Origin: an uncultured Bacteroidales bacterium
Lineage (GTDB): Bacteria; Bacteroidota; Bacteroidia; Bacteroidales; JAUNSR01
DNA length: 64,000 nucleotides
NCBI GenBank assembly: GCA_947074105.1
Contig: CAMTON010000004.1
Location: 2,683 to 66,682 of the forward strand
Reading direction: 5' to 3'
The notes under the pieces were generated by a model. The model saw nothing but the letters and a program-made list of their open reading frames with translations. It did no database searches and was not told the origin of the DNA. How positions within the stretch are numbered: the stretch's first letter is position 1; every line of letters begins with the position of its first letter. This document shows, piece by piece, positions 17,964 to 27,932 of this stretch. A program made the position numbers and the translations under genes.

Positions 17964-19025
17964 ATGGCAAAAAAGACCGGTAATAAAAGTAAAAGAAAAA
18001 TCAAAAAAAAGAAGCCTGACTTCTTCAGACGAAAAAACTATATCCTATATTCTCTGATATTTATAATCTTCTCATTGCTTGTATGGGAAAACAGTTCCGG
18101 AAAACTGAATGCCGGATTCAAAAATATCAGATCCTCTGTAACTTCGCTCGGGAAGAAAATTCCTGAAGTCAAATTTGAGTTACCTTCCCTAAAGGAAGTC
18201 AGTCTACCTTCTCCTAAAATTCAGAAAACTACAAAGCAAACCAAAGCCCATGTAAAATCGGTAAAATCTGATAAACCGACAGTTAAATCCGATATAAATT
18301 CTGATAAGCCACAATATGTAAATCTTTATGATTTTCTTAAAGGAGTTGATGATTTATACGTACCCGTTATTCACGAATCAATACCTTCTCAGATAGTTAA
18401 TTATTCTGGTTTCTCCGTTTCTTATAATAATGATAATCGTGTAGCAAACTGGGTTGGCTATGAACTGACACGGGAAGAAACAGTTTCTGTAGTAAAAAGA
18501 GTAAATAAATTTGTAAAAGATCCCAACGTTCTTTATTCCGCAACAAATCAGGATTATCTAAAATCCGGATATGACAGAGGACATCTGGCTCCGGCTGCTG
18601 ATATGGGATGGAGTGATAAGAGTATGCATGAGTCTTTTTATTTCTCCAATATGACGCCGCAAGAACCTTCATTTAACAGAGGTGTCTGGAAAAAACTGGA
18701 AGATAAATGCAGAGAATGGGCTGTAAGGGATAGTGCCATAATTATTGTTACCGGTCCAATAATAAAAGGTAATGAGAAAAGAATAGGTAAGAATAACATT
18801 GTAGTACCGGAATACTTTTATAAAGTCATTTTATCTCCTTTTACCGAATCTCCAAATGCTATAGCCTTTCTGATTAAGAATGAAGGTACACTTCAAACAC
18901 TTCCTTCTTTTGCTATTTCTGTCGATTCTCTTGAGTCTCTAACCGGATTTAACTTTTTTCATAAACTTCCTTCTGAGTATGAAGATGAAATTGAAAGTAA
19001 TGTTAATATTGGTTATTGGTTTTAA
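17964..19025 (+). CDS. Membrane-anchored DNA/RNA non-specific endonuclease (Serratia NucA family)
   Basis: 353 aa with a Lys-rich N-tail, one TM helix and a Lys/Ser/Asp-rich linker. Catalytic motifs are YDRGHLAP and FYFSNMTPQ. Confidence 0.85.
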   Translation: MAKKTGNKSKRKIKKKKPDFFRRKNYILYSLIFIIFSLLVWENSSGKLNAGFKNIRSSVTSLGKKIPEVKFELPSLKEVSLPSPKIQKTTKQTKAHVKSVKSDKPTVKSDINSDKPQYVNLYDFLKGVDDLYVPVIHESIPSQIVNYSGFSVSYNNDNRVANWVGYELTREETVSVVKRVNKFVKDPNVLYSATNQDYLKSGYDRGHLAPAADMGWSDKSMHESFYFSNMTPQEPSFNRGVWKKLEDKCREWAVRDSAIIIVTGPIIKGNEKRIGKNNIVVPEYFYKVILSPFTESPNAIAFLIKNEGTLQTLPSFAISVDSLESLTGFNFFHKLPSEYEDEIESNVNIGYWF

Positions 19026-19203
19026 AGTGGTTATATTCAATGGTATAAGCTTTTATTTTACAGACTTGTTTTTTATAGACTTATATTAAGAATAAATCTT
19101 TTTTAGTTTTATAGTAATATTGTTATGGTTTTTTAGTTTAAACTTTGTTTATTTGTAGCGGAATTCTATTCTTAATTAATTTTTATACGAAATTCATACA
19201 ATA

Positions 19204-20916
19204 ATGAAGTTTATTATCAGAAGTGTCATACTTATGGCGCTTGTTTTCGTGTTGTCCTTTTGTAAAAGGGCAAATATTGATAATTTGAATGTTGCTGAAC
19301 AAATCATAGAACATTATCCCGACAGTGCCCTTAAAATCATTAATGATATTAATGATCCTTCGATGTTGTCAAAAGATGATTTAAACCGTTTTTCATTGCT
19401 TAAAGTTCAGGCAATGGATAAGTGTTATATGGATATAACTTCAGATAGTCTTATTGATAAGGCTGCTAAATATTTTCTTCTCAAAAAAGATTCTGTAAGG
19501 GCAGGAAAAGCCCTTTTTTATTGTGCCAGAATAGCCGACGACCTTAACCTTCATAATAAATCAACATCTTATTATCTCAAAGCTGAAGCACTTCTGGAAA
19601 ATACGGAAGAATATAAGTATAAATATATGGTTGCTAATTATCTTGGCCTGTCATTTTACAATCAGAGTAAGTATAATGACGGATTAAAGGTATGGTTTAA
19701 AGCTCTGGAGCGTGCAAAAGAGGCTGGTAATGAAAACTATGAAACAATATCACTTATAAATATCGGGACAGGATATTTATTCAAAATGGCTGTCAATATT
19801 ACTGAACGCGGACTGAAAAGTTTGAAGTTTGACAGAATAGCTCTTACCGAAAGTGAAAGTTCAGATTGTGATAATGCTATTGTGTATTTTCGTAAAGCTT
19901 ATAATAAAGGAGACATTTCATCTTATATAGAGACTAGAGAAAGACTTGCTCAGGCATATATGTTTAAACAGATGCATGATTCAGCCTTTTATTATTCTGA
20001 TCTGGCTATAAATATCATAAAGGAACAGGGAGGCGATCTTAATTCGGTTCTTATTGACCGTGCGGCAATTTATAATAATGAGAATAATCCCGATGAGGCT
20101 CTCAAAATACTATATAGTATAAATGATGATCATCTGTATGTACGTATGGCTACATCTTATGCAAAAATTATAAGTTACGAACTTAAACATCAGCAGGATT
20201 CAATATCAAAATATCTTTATCTTTTCAATTCTGTGAAGGAGGAGCACAGAAAGCTGGAGAAAAAATCAGTAGGATATACGATAGATATGATTGAAAAATA
20301 TCATAGAAGTGAATCTGAAAATATAAATCTTCTCATAAATGAGAATATTAAAAGAAAGACTTTTACTATAGTTACACTTTTACTTGTTTTTACTACTGTA
20401 ATTCTTATTCTTCTTTTTTATGGTTACAAGATTCGAAAGGAGAAAGAAAATGCGCTGCTCCTTAATGATATATTAAGGGAGAAAGAAGAACGGGCTGTGG
20501 AACAAATGAAAGTTTCGGCAAAAATGAATGAATTTTTTGCTTTAAGGAACCGTTATTCCAAAGTACTGCTGAAATATTTTATCGGAATAAATACGACTGA
20601 AGGTATAAGTGATATTATGATAAATGAAGATCATTGGAATAAAATTATCACTACGGTGTCGGAAACATATAATGATCTGCCGCGAAAACTTTCACAGAAA
20701 TATAAAAAACTGACTAATGAAGATGTAAGGATATTTTGTCTGCTTCTTCTTAAATTAAAACAGGAAGATATAGCTAAATTAACAGGGAGAACCCCCGGAA
20801 CTATCTCTCTTCGACTTTCACGAATGAAAGATAAAATGGAGTTGCCAAAAGAAGCGGAATGGGGTATAATTATAGAAGAAATTCTTACGGAATTTATAGA
20901 TGTAAACCCAATGTAA
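19204..20916 (+). CDS. Membrane-spanning TPR-repeat protein with a C-terminal LuxR/GerE-like HTH (one-component regulator architecture)
   Basis: 570 aa with lipobox VLSFC, a TPR-like domain of about 360 aa, a TM helix FTIVTLLLVFTTVILILLFYGY, and an HTH-like segment LTNEDVRIFCLLLLKLKQEDIAKLTGRTPGTISLRLSRMKDKM. Confidence 0.6.
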   Translation: MKFIIRSVILMALVFVLSFCKRANIDNLNVAEQIIEHYPDSALKIINDINDPSMLSKDDLNRFSLLKVQAMDKCYMDITSDSLIDKAAKYFLLKKDSVRAGKALFYCARIADDLNLHNKSTSYYLKAEALLENTEEYKYKYMVANYLGLSFYNQSKYNDGLKVWFKALERAKEAGNENYETISLINIGTGYLFKMAVNITERGLKSLKFDRIALTESESSDCDNAIVYFRKAYNKGDISSYIETRERLAQAYMFKQMHDSAFYYSDLAINIIKEQGGDLNSVLIDRAAIYNNENNPDEALKILYSINDDHLYVRMATSYAKIISYELKHQQDSISKYLYLFNSVKEEHRKLEKKSVGYTIDMIEKYHRSESENINLLINENIKRKTFTIVTLLLVFTTVILILLFYGYKIRKEKENALLLNDILREKEERAVEQMKVSAKMNEFFALRNRYSKVLLKYFIGINTTEGISDIMINEDHWNKIITTVSETYNDLPRKLSQKYKKLTNEDVRIFCLLLLKLKQEDIAKLTGRTPGTISLRLSRMKDKMELPKEAEWGIIIEEILTEFIDVNPM

Positions 20917-21468
20917 ACTTAAATTTATAGATGATTACTCGTAAGTAGCTGATAAACAGTTGTACTTCTGTTGTCTGATGTACTGTATTTGTAAACCCCT
21001 AAAATATTGATTTGTTCCAGAAATGATATAGTTTTGCAGTGTCGATCGAGAGATTATATAATTCTTAGGTCGATAGAAATGGACTTATTTAGTGGTTGGG
21101 ATTTTTTAGTTAAGGGAATTTTAAAGGTAAAGTATTTAATTGGTATAGTATCAAATATTGAAGACAGAAGGTTTATTTATAATTATATATATAATTAATC
21201 AGGACGATGAGGTAATCCCGTAATGATTAATGACAAAAATGTGAATAAGATACAAAGATAAATTCCAATCATCATTTCTTAAATATTGATATCTCTTTCA
21301 GATAAGAAATTGTCTCTGAAAAGCAGGTGTCAATATTTTTTTTGTTTTTAATTATAAATATATATCCGCGGTAAGTGATACATCGTAATTAAAGATGTAT
21401 TTAAAATTACAATATGTAATGTTTGTATTCTTTTTTTTTGTAAAATTGCTTTTTTAAAATAAGGAAGT

Positions 21469-23769
21469 ATGAAAGAGAATAAAAATTCGAAAGAAGAAGC
21501 TGCATTACTATATCATAAATGCGGAAAACCGGGAAAGATAGAAGTAGTACCTACCAAACCTTATACAACACAGACTGATTTGTCTCTGGCATATACGCCG
21601 GGTGTAGCTGTTCCATGTCTTGAAATAGAAAAAGATAAGGAAAAAGCATATGATTATACTGCAAAAGGAAATCTTGTAGCTGTTATATCCAACGGAACCG
21701 CTGTGCTTGGACTTGGCGATATTGGTGCATTAGCCGGAAAACCGGTTATGGAAGGTAAAGGGTTGCTGTTTAAAATATTTGCCGGCATTGATGTTTTCGA
21801 TATTGAGGTTAACGAGAAAGATCCGGAGAAATTTATAGAAACAGTAAAAGCTATATCACCAACTTTTGGGGGGGTAAATCTTGAAGATATCAAGGCTCCG
21901 GAATGTTTTGAAATAGAAAACCGTCTAAAGAAGGAACTGGACATTCCTGTTATGCATGATGATCAGCATGGAACAGCTATTATTTCCGGTGCTGCTCTTC
22001 TTAATGGGCTTGAGATAGCAGGCAAAAATATAGAAGACTGTAAACTTGTTGTTAACGGTGCCGGTTCAGCCGGTTCATCGTGTACAAGATTATATATGGA
22101 ACTTGGCATTAAAAAGGAGAATGTCGTAATGGTGGATTCAAAGGGAGTGATACGAACCGATCGTCCGGGACTAACTCCTGAAAAAGCTGAATTTGCTACT
22201 GACAGACGTGATATAACGACTCTTGCCGATGCATTAAAAGGAGCAGACATTTTCCTTGGTGTTTCGGTTGCCGATGTTCTTACAGAAGATATGATACGGA
22301 CGATGAACAATAATCCTTTGGTTTTTGCCTGTGCGAATCCTAATCCGGAGATATCATATGATAAAGCAATGGCATCACGTCCTGATATAATATTTGCTAC
22401 AGGCCGCAGTGATTATCCTAACCAGATAAATAATGTACTCGGATTTCCGTATATCTTCAGAGGAGCTCTGGACACAAGAGCTAAGACAATTAATGAGGAG
22501 ATGAAACTTGCTGCTGTATTTGCAATTGCCGAACTTGCCAAACAGCCTGTGCCTGATGTGGTAAATGCAGCATACGGCATGCAGAAACTACAGTTCGGAC
22601 CTGAGTATATTCTTCCTAAACCAATGGATCCCCGTTTGATAACAAAGGTTTCTTCAGCAGTCGCAAAGGCTGCAATGGAGTCAGGTGTTGCCCGTAAATT
22701 CATTACAGACTGGAAAGTTTATGAAGATAGTCTTAATCAGTTGATGGGTTATGACAATAAACTCGTAAGAAGACTTTATGATATGGCAAAAGCCGGTCCT
22801 AAAAAAGTGGTCTTCGCTGAGGCTACACATACGAATATGCTGAAAGCGGCATCTCAGGCCTTTGAAGAAGGAATGTGCTATCCGATACTTCTTGGAAATA
22901 AAGATCAGATTATCAGAGTAGCAGAAGAAGAAGGCATTTCAATAGAAGGAATGGATATTCTTCATTTCCGTTCCGAGGCATATCTTGAGAAAAGAGAAGA
23001 GTATGCCAGACTTCTTGCTGAAAAGAGAAGCCGTGACGGTTATACTTATTATGATGCGATTGAAAAGATGTATGATGCCAATTATTTCGGCATGATGATG
23101 GTTGAAGCGGGAGAGGCTGATGCTTTTATTACCGGAATACAAAGTAAATATTCTGAAACTTGTAAAATTGCAAAAGATGTGATCGGAATAAGAGATGGTT
23201 TCAAACATTTCGGTGCTATCAATATTCTTAATACAAAAAAAGGTACACTTTATATTGCTGATACTCTGATAAACAGACATCCTTCAACAGATACTCTTGT
23301 TGATGTGGCAAAACTTGCTAAAGATGCAGTACGTTTTTTTGCTGATGAACCTGTTATGGCGATGGTTTCATATTCAAGCTTCGGGGCTGATGCGGAAGGT
23401 AGTCCTGCAAAAGTTCATGATGCAGTGAAAATATTACAGGAAGAATATCCTGATCTGAAAATTGACGGAGAAATGCAGGTTAATTATGCTTTAAATAAAT
23501 CTTTGAGAGATAAGACTTATCCGTTTAATAAACTTTCAGGTCTTGATGTAAATACTCTTATATTTCCGAATCTTAGTTCTGCTAATACAGCATCCAAGAT
23601 GTTGTCGGAAATGGATGTTTGTGACTCTATTGGCCCAATTCAGATGGGATTGAATAAACCTATTCATTTCACAGGCAATGAATGCTCCGTAAGAGATATT
23701 GTAAATGTTGTAGCTGTCGCAGTTATTGATGCGCAGGTTCAAAACCGTATTAATAAAAAAGGTAAATAA
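21469..23769 (+). CDS. maeB: NADP-dependent malic enzyme (malic enzyme plus phosphotransacetylase-like C-terminal domain)
   Basis: 766 aa with a malic-enzyme N-terminal and NAD(P)-binding domain (VVNGAGSAG) fused to a PTA-like domain. Confidence 0.95.
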   Translation: MKENKNSKEEAALLYHKCGKPGKIEVVPTKPYTTQTDLSLAYTPGVAVPCLEIEKDKEKAYDYTAKGNLVAVISNGTAVLGLGDIGALAGKPVMEGKGLLFKIFAGIDVFDIEVNEKDPEKFIETVKAISPTFGGVNLEDIKAPECFEIENRLKKELDIPVMHDDQHGTAIISGAALLNGLEIAGKNIEDCKLVVNGAGSAGSSCTRLYMELGIKKENVVMVDSKGVIRTDRPGLTPEKAEFATDRRDITTLADALKGADIFLGVSVADVLTEDMIRTMNNNPLVFACANPNPEISYDKAMASRPDIIFATGRSDYPNQINNVLGFPYIFRGALDTRAKTINEEMKLAAVFAIAELAKQPVPDVVNAAYGMQKLQFGPEYILPKPMDPRLITKVSSAVAKAAMESGVARKFITDWKVYEDSLNQLMGYDNKLVRRLYDMAKAGPKKVVFAEATHTNMLKAASQAFEEGMCYPILLGNKDQIIRVAEEEGISIEGMDILHFRSEAYLEKREEYARLLAEKRSRDGYTYYDAIEKMYDANYFGMMMVEAGEADAFITGIQSKYSETCKIAKDVIGIRDGFKHFGAINILNTKKGTLYIADTLINRHPSTDTLVDVAKLAKDAVRFFADEPVMAMVSYSSFGADAEGSPAKVHDAVKILQEEYPDLKIDGEMQVNYALNKSLRDKTYPFNKLSGLDVNTLIFPNLSSANTASKMLSEMDVCDSIGPIQMGLNKPIHFTGNECSVRDIVNVVAVAVIDAQVQNRINKKGK

Positions 23770-23798
23770 AATTGATATCTATTTGATATTCTGATAAG

Positions 23799-23839
23799 CC
23801 CGGGCCGGATCATTAATGAATCCTGTCCGGGTTTTTTTT
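23799..23839 (+). terminator. Rho-independent terminator after maeB
   Basis: CCCGG…GGAT pairs with ATCC…CCGGG, followed by 8 T. Confidence 0.75.
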
Positions 23840-24185
23840 GTTCTGCTGTGACCTGTTTATTATAAAACTATTTCCCCTATGAGATTTAACGCGGAAATAC
23901 TTAAAACATATTGTTCGGATATATAAATGGGAATAAAATTGACTCTACTGTTAAAAGATGTTGTAGGATAAGTTGTATTAAAACTATTCATGCTTTTCAG
24001 TGTTATTTAAATGAGCATTTTTTTATAATTGACTATATTAATTAATTTTTATATGTTAAAATAAATAAATTTGAAAACGTTTGTAAAATGTTGATAAACA
24101 GATATATAAGATTAATTTTCTTTATTTTGATATTATATAATATTTATTAATTATAAAATAAATAATAAAATATTGTTTTTTTTGA

Positions 24186-24193
24186 TATATTTG
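24186..24193 (+). promoter_or_regulatory. Bacteroidota -7 box (TATATTTG) for the outer-membrane protein gene
   Basis: TAnnTTTG match 67 nt upstream of the ATG at 24260. Confidence 0.45.
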
Positions 24194-24259
24194 CGACCCG
24201 AAAAGAGATTGTGATATATTATTAAACATAACCTATATATTAAATAAAAATTTTAAAGT

Positions 24260-24763
24260 ATGAAAAAGTTATTATTTACAGCATTGATTTTTCTTGGCGC
24301 ATTAAGTATGCAGGCTCAGAATTGGTATGCAGGGGGTTCGGTAGGAATTAACGGAACGAATGCAAAGGGTGAGTCTTCAGCATATTTTTTACTGGCTCCT
24401 GAGGCAGGATATTGGTTTACCGATAATTTTGCATTTGGTGCTTCTGTTGATATGGAGTTCTATAAGCATTATACCGGCATCAGAATTGCTCCGTATGTAA
24501 GATATGCATATTGGAAATATAACAATCTTTCGCTTTTCGCAGATGCTGGTTTCGGTATCAACTGTGCTGATGCCAAAGGTTGGGACATAGGAGTAAAACC
24601 AGGTATTGCGTATACTTTTGGGGATAAGATTACAGTTTTGTCGCATCTTGGATTTGTTGGTTATACAAAGACAAATGACAGAAATATCAAAGGAGATAAG
24701 ATCCATATGGCAGGATTTATGTTCACAAATCTTCTATCATTCAGTATGTTCTATAACTTCTGA
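24260..24763 (+). CDS. Small outer-membrane beta-barrel protein (OmpW/porin-like family)
   Basis: 167 aa with signal peptide …LSMQAQ, alternating aromatic strands and a terminal Phe (…FSMFYNF). Confidence 0.7.
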   Translation: MKKLLFTALIFLGALSMQAQNWYAGGSVGINGTNAKGESSAYFLLAPEAGYWFTDNFAFGASVDMEFYKHYTGIRIAPYVRYAYWKYNNLSLFADAGFGINCADAKGWDIGVKPGIAYTFGDKITVLSHLGFVGYTKTNDRNIKGDKIHMAGFMFTNLLSFSMFYNF

Positions 24764-24842
24764 TTTATTCAGTATTATTCCTGAAATTAAGTTTTTGAAT
24801 AAGATAATTTCAGGAAAAAGAAATTTAAAACTATAATTAAAA

Positions 24843-24872
24843 AGACCGGGTTAATATTGCCCGGTCTTTTTT
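24843..24872 (+). terminator. Rho-independent terminator after the OMP gene
   Basis: Stem AGACCGGG with CCCGGTCT, then a T-run. Confidence 0.8.
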
Positions 24873-24908
24873 ATTTATAAATAATTTGACAGGACTTTAG
24901 CTTTAAAT

Positions 24909-24916
24909 TATATTTG
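24909..24916 (+). promoter_or_regulatory. Bacteroidota -7 box (TATATTTG) for yigZ
   Basis: TAnnTTTG match. The leader carries two near-identical palindromic 12-mers, ATATTCGAATAT (24964-24975) and ATATCCGAATAT (24980-24991). Confidence 0.45.
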
Positions 24917-25010
24917 CCCGTATTAAGATTAATTCGAAAAAAATTAAAAAAGAGTGACAGTAAATATTCGAATATCCACATATCCGAATATTCCAAATAT
25001 CATAAAAATA

Positions 25011-25616
25011 ATGCAGGAAAAAGATACATATTTAACTATAGAAGATATTGCAGAAGGATTATATAAGGAAAAGATGAGTAAGTTTATTTCTTTTGCTGTA
25101 CCAGTCAACACTGTGGAAGAAGCAAAAGAGTATATCGATATGTATTCAAAGCAGTTTTACGATGCGCGACATGTTTGTTGGGCCTATATGATAGGACATG
25201 AACGTACAAATTTCCGAAGTAATGATAACGGAGAACCTTCGGGAACAGCCGGAAAGCCTATACTTGGTCAGATAAATTCTTTTGAGCTTACAAATATACT
25301 TGTTGTTGTGATACGCTATTTCGGAGGGATTAAACTGGGAACAAGCGGATTGATTGTAGCCTACAGAGAAGCTGCAGCCGAAGCAATAAAAAATGCAAGC
25401 GTTGTGGAACGTCTTGTAGAGGAGGATATTGATATTCTCTTCGAATATGTATATATGAATCAGGTGATGAGGATTATTAAAGAGGAGGGCATTTCTATAA
25501 TTTCACAGATATTTGAGATGGATTGTCAGATTACATTAAGGATAAGACGCTCAATGCTTGAAAAGGTGATAAAAAGACTCGAAAAAGTGGATTCTTTACG
25601 ATTTCCCGACAAATGA
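25011..25616 (+). CDS. yigZ: YigZ/IMPACT-family protein
   Basis: Motifs RHVCWAYMIG and GEPSGTAGKPIL. I prefer the ATG at 25011 (MQEKDTYLTIE…, about 200 aa as in homologues) over the GTG at 24954 given in the ORF track. Confidence 0.8.
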   Translation: MQEKDTYLTIEDIAEGLYKEKMSKFISFAVPVNTVEEAKEYIDMYSKQFYDARHVCWAYMIGHERTNFRSNDNGEPSGTAGKPILGQINSFELTNILVVVIRYFGGIKLGTSGLIVAYREAAAEAIKNASVVERLVEEDIDILFEYVYMNQVMRIIKEEGISIISQIFEMDCQITLRIRRSMLEKVIKRLEKVDSLRFPDK

Positions 25617-25746
25617 TACCAAACAAAAAGTTATTATACAAAGAACCTACAAGGAAAAATATAAATTTTGTGAACTTAAATATTTTATATTAATTTTAAG
25701 GTCTAAAACAATTACACATTACGCGAATTTTCGTAAATCAAATGCT

Positions 25747-27699
25747 ATGTTAAATCTAAAAAAAACTATTATTACAGGGGCGACTTTGTCGCTTATGCTG
25801 GCTGCTAACGGCCAGACACAAGAGTTTTTAATCCAGACAAAAAAAGTCGGTGCTCCTATACAGCCTACGATGTACGGTTTGTTTTTTGAAGACATCAATT
25901 ATGCCGCTGACGGTGGCTTATACGCTGAAATGATTAAAAACCGTTCTTTTGAATTTCCTCAGAATTTTATGGGATGGAATGTTTTCGGGAATGTAGATCT
26001 TCTTACAGAAAATGCTCCTTTTGATCGTAATCCTCATTACGTAAGACTTTCTGATGCCGGCCACGGCCATAAAGCTACAGGAATTGAAAATGAAGGATTC
26101 TTTGGTGTGGCTTACAAAAAGGGAGAAGATTATCGTTTCTCTGTATGGGCAAAAGCTGATAAGGGAGACTCTAAAATAAGAGTGGAATTTATTAATCAGA
26201 ATAATGATGTGATCAACCGACAGGATATAAAAGTTGATTCTAACGGATGGAAGCAATATGAAATTATCATGAAAGCTTCTCAGACAGTTGCCAAAGGTAA
26301 ACTGAGAATATTCCTTGATTCAAAAAACAGTGTTGATCTTGAACATGTTTCTCTTTTTCCTGTAGATACTTACCGTGGAGAAAGAAACGGTATGAGAAAA
26401 GATCTTGCTCAAGCTCTTGAAGATATTAACCCGGGAGTTTTCCGTTTTCCGGGAGGATGTATCGTTGAAGGTACTGATCTTGAAACAAGATATGACTGGA
26501 AAAAATCAGTGGGTCCTGTAGAGAACAGACCTTTAAATGAAAACAGATGGAATTATACTTTCCAGCACAGAATGTATCCGGATTATTTCCAGAGTTACGG
26601 ACTTGGTTTTTATGAATATTTCCTTCTTTCTGAACAGATGGGTGCAGAACCTCTTCCTATCGTAAACTGTGGTCTTGCGTGCCAGTATCAGAATGACAGT
26701 CATGAAGCTCATGTTGCAGTATGTGATCTTGATTCTTATATTCAGGATGCAATGGATCTTATTGAATTCGCAAATGGTGATGTAAATACTACATGGGGAA
26801 AAGTCAGAGCAGAGATGGGACATCCGGAGCCTTTTAATCTGAAATATATCGGAGTCGGAAATGAGCAGTGGGGAAGTGAATATCCTGAAAGATTACAGCC
26901 ATTCATTACTGCAATACGTAGTAAATATCCTAAAATGCAGATTGTCGGAAGTTCAGGTCCTAATTCTGAAGGTGCGGACTTCGATTATTTATGGCCGGAA
27001 ATGAAACGCCTTAAAGTTGATCTTGTTGATGAACATTTCTACCGTAGCGAAGATTGGTTTTTGTCTCAGGGCGCGAGATATGATAAATATGACAGAAAAG
27101 GACCTAAAGTTTTTGCCGGAGAATATGCATGTCATCCAAAAAACAGAAAAAACAACTTCATGTCAGCTCTTAGTGAGGCTGCTTTTATGACCGGCCTAGA
27201 AAGAAATGCTGATATAGTACATATGGCTACCTATGCACCATTGTTTGCTCACGTTGAAGGTTGGCAGTGGAGACCTGATATGATATGGTTTGATAATCTT
27301 AATTCTGTCAAGTCGGTAAACTATTATGTTCAGCAAATGTATGGACATAACCCCGGGACGAATGTTCTTCCTTTGACTATGAACGGAGAAAATGTTTCAG
27401 GTCAGAATGGCCTTTTTGCTTCAGCAGTCTGGGACAAAAAAGATAAGACATATATCGTTAAAGTTGCCAATACTTCTGATCAGCCGCAAACAGTAATGTT
27501 GAACTTCAAAGGCATCGGGAAAAATGCAAAAGCAAACGGATCTCAGACAATGTTAAAATCAGATAATCTTGATTTAGAAAATACACTTGATAACCCCAAT
27601 GCGGTGATACCTGTTGAATCTTCTTTCACTTTTAATGGTGAACAGGCAGAAGTCGAACTACCTGCGAAAAGCTTCATGATGTATAAGGTCTCATTATAG
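25747..27699 (+). CDS. Alpha-L-arabinofuranosidase, GH51 family, secreted
   Basis: 650 aa with a signal peptide and an N-terminal CBM-like domain. Motifs are FRFPGGC and GVGNEQWG (acid/base Glu), followed by a C-terminal beta-sandwich. Confidence 0.85.
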   Translation: MLNLKKTIITGATLSLMLAANGQTQEFLIQTKKVGAPIQPTMYGLFFEDINYAADGGLYAEMIKNRSFEFPQNFMGWNVFGNVDLLTENAPFDRNPHYVRLSDAGHGHKATGIENEGFFGVAYKKGEDYRFSVWAKADKGDSKIRVEFINQNNDVINRQDIKVDSNGWKQYEIIMKASQTVAKGKLRIFLDSKNSVDLEHVSLFPVDTYRGERNGMRKDLAQALEDINPGVFRFPGGCIVEGTDLETRYDWKKSVGPVENRPLNENRWNYTFQHRMYPDYFQSYGLGFYEYFLLSEQMGAEPLPIVNCGLACQYQNDSHEAHVAVCDLDSYIQDAMDLIEFANGDVNTTWGKVRAEMGHPEPFNLKYIGVGNEQWGSEYPERLQPFITAIRSKYPKMQIVGSSGPNSEGADFDYLWPEMKRLKVDLVDEHFYRSEDWFLSQGARYDKYDRKGPKVFAGEYACHPKNRKNNFMSALSEAAFMTGLERNADIVHMATYAPLFAHVEGWQWRPDMIWFDNLNSVKSVNYYVQQMYGHNPGTNVLPLTMNGENVSGQNGLFASAVWDKKDKTYIVKVANTSDQPQTVMLNFKGIGKNAKANGSQTMLKSDNLDLENTLDNPNAVIPVESSFTFNGEQAEVELPAKSFMMYKVSL

Positions 27700-27730
27700 T
27701 TAAGCTTTAAATAAAACATAAATAATCAAT

Positions 27731-27767
27731 AAGGTTGTTTCTTTTAAAAGGGAACAACCTTATTTTT
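27731..27767 (+). terminator. Rho-independent terminator after the GH51 gene
   Basis: AAGGTTGTTTC pairs with GGAACAACCTT, then a T-run. Confidence 0.75.
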
Positions 27768-27932
27768 TAAATATGATAAAAATAATATAACAGGCTGATA
27801 TATATTAAGATAAAATTGGTATTTTGTAATAAAAAATAAGATTCCGATATTTTAATTTAAAGGTTATAATATTGTTGGATACATTAAATGATAAAATAAA
27901 AGAATTACATTTGTCGAATAAATATTTGGGTT

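Noticed and set aside
21007-21198. A 63-aa ORF in the 550-nt spacer upstream of maeB.
   Set aside because: It has an atypical start, no promoter box, no signal peptide or motif, and ends in an AT-rich low-complexity tail. It is most likely non-coding.
23990-24024. A hairpin plus 7-T run about 190 nt downstream of the maeB terminator, which could mark an orphan sRNA.
   Set aside because: The stem is only 5-6 bp (ATGCT/AGCAT) with a 17-nt loop. T-runs are frequent in this very AT-rich spacer, and I found no promoter box upstream.
24954-25010. The GTG-initiated 5' extension of yigZ given in the ORF track.
   Set aside because: YigZ homologues are about 200 aa and begin close to the …YLTIE…GLYKEKMSKFISFA segment. 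The extension (…VNIRISTYPNIPNIIKI) is translated from the repeat-containing leader.
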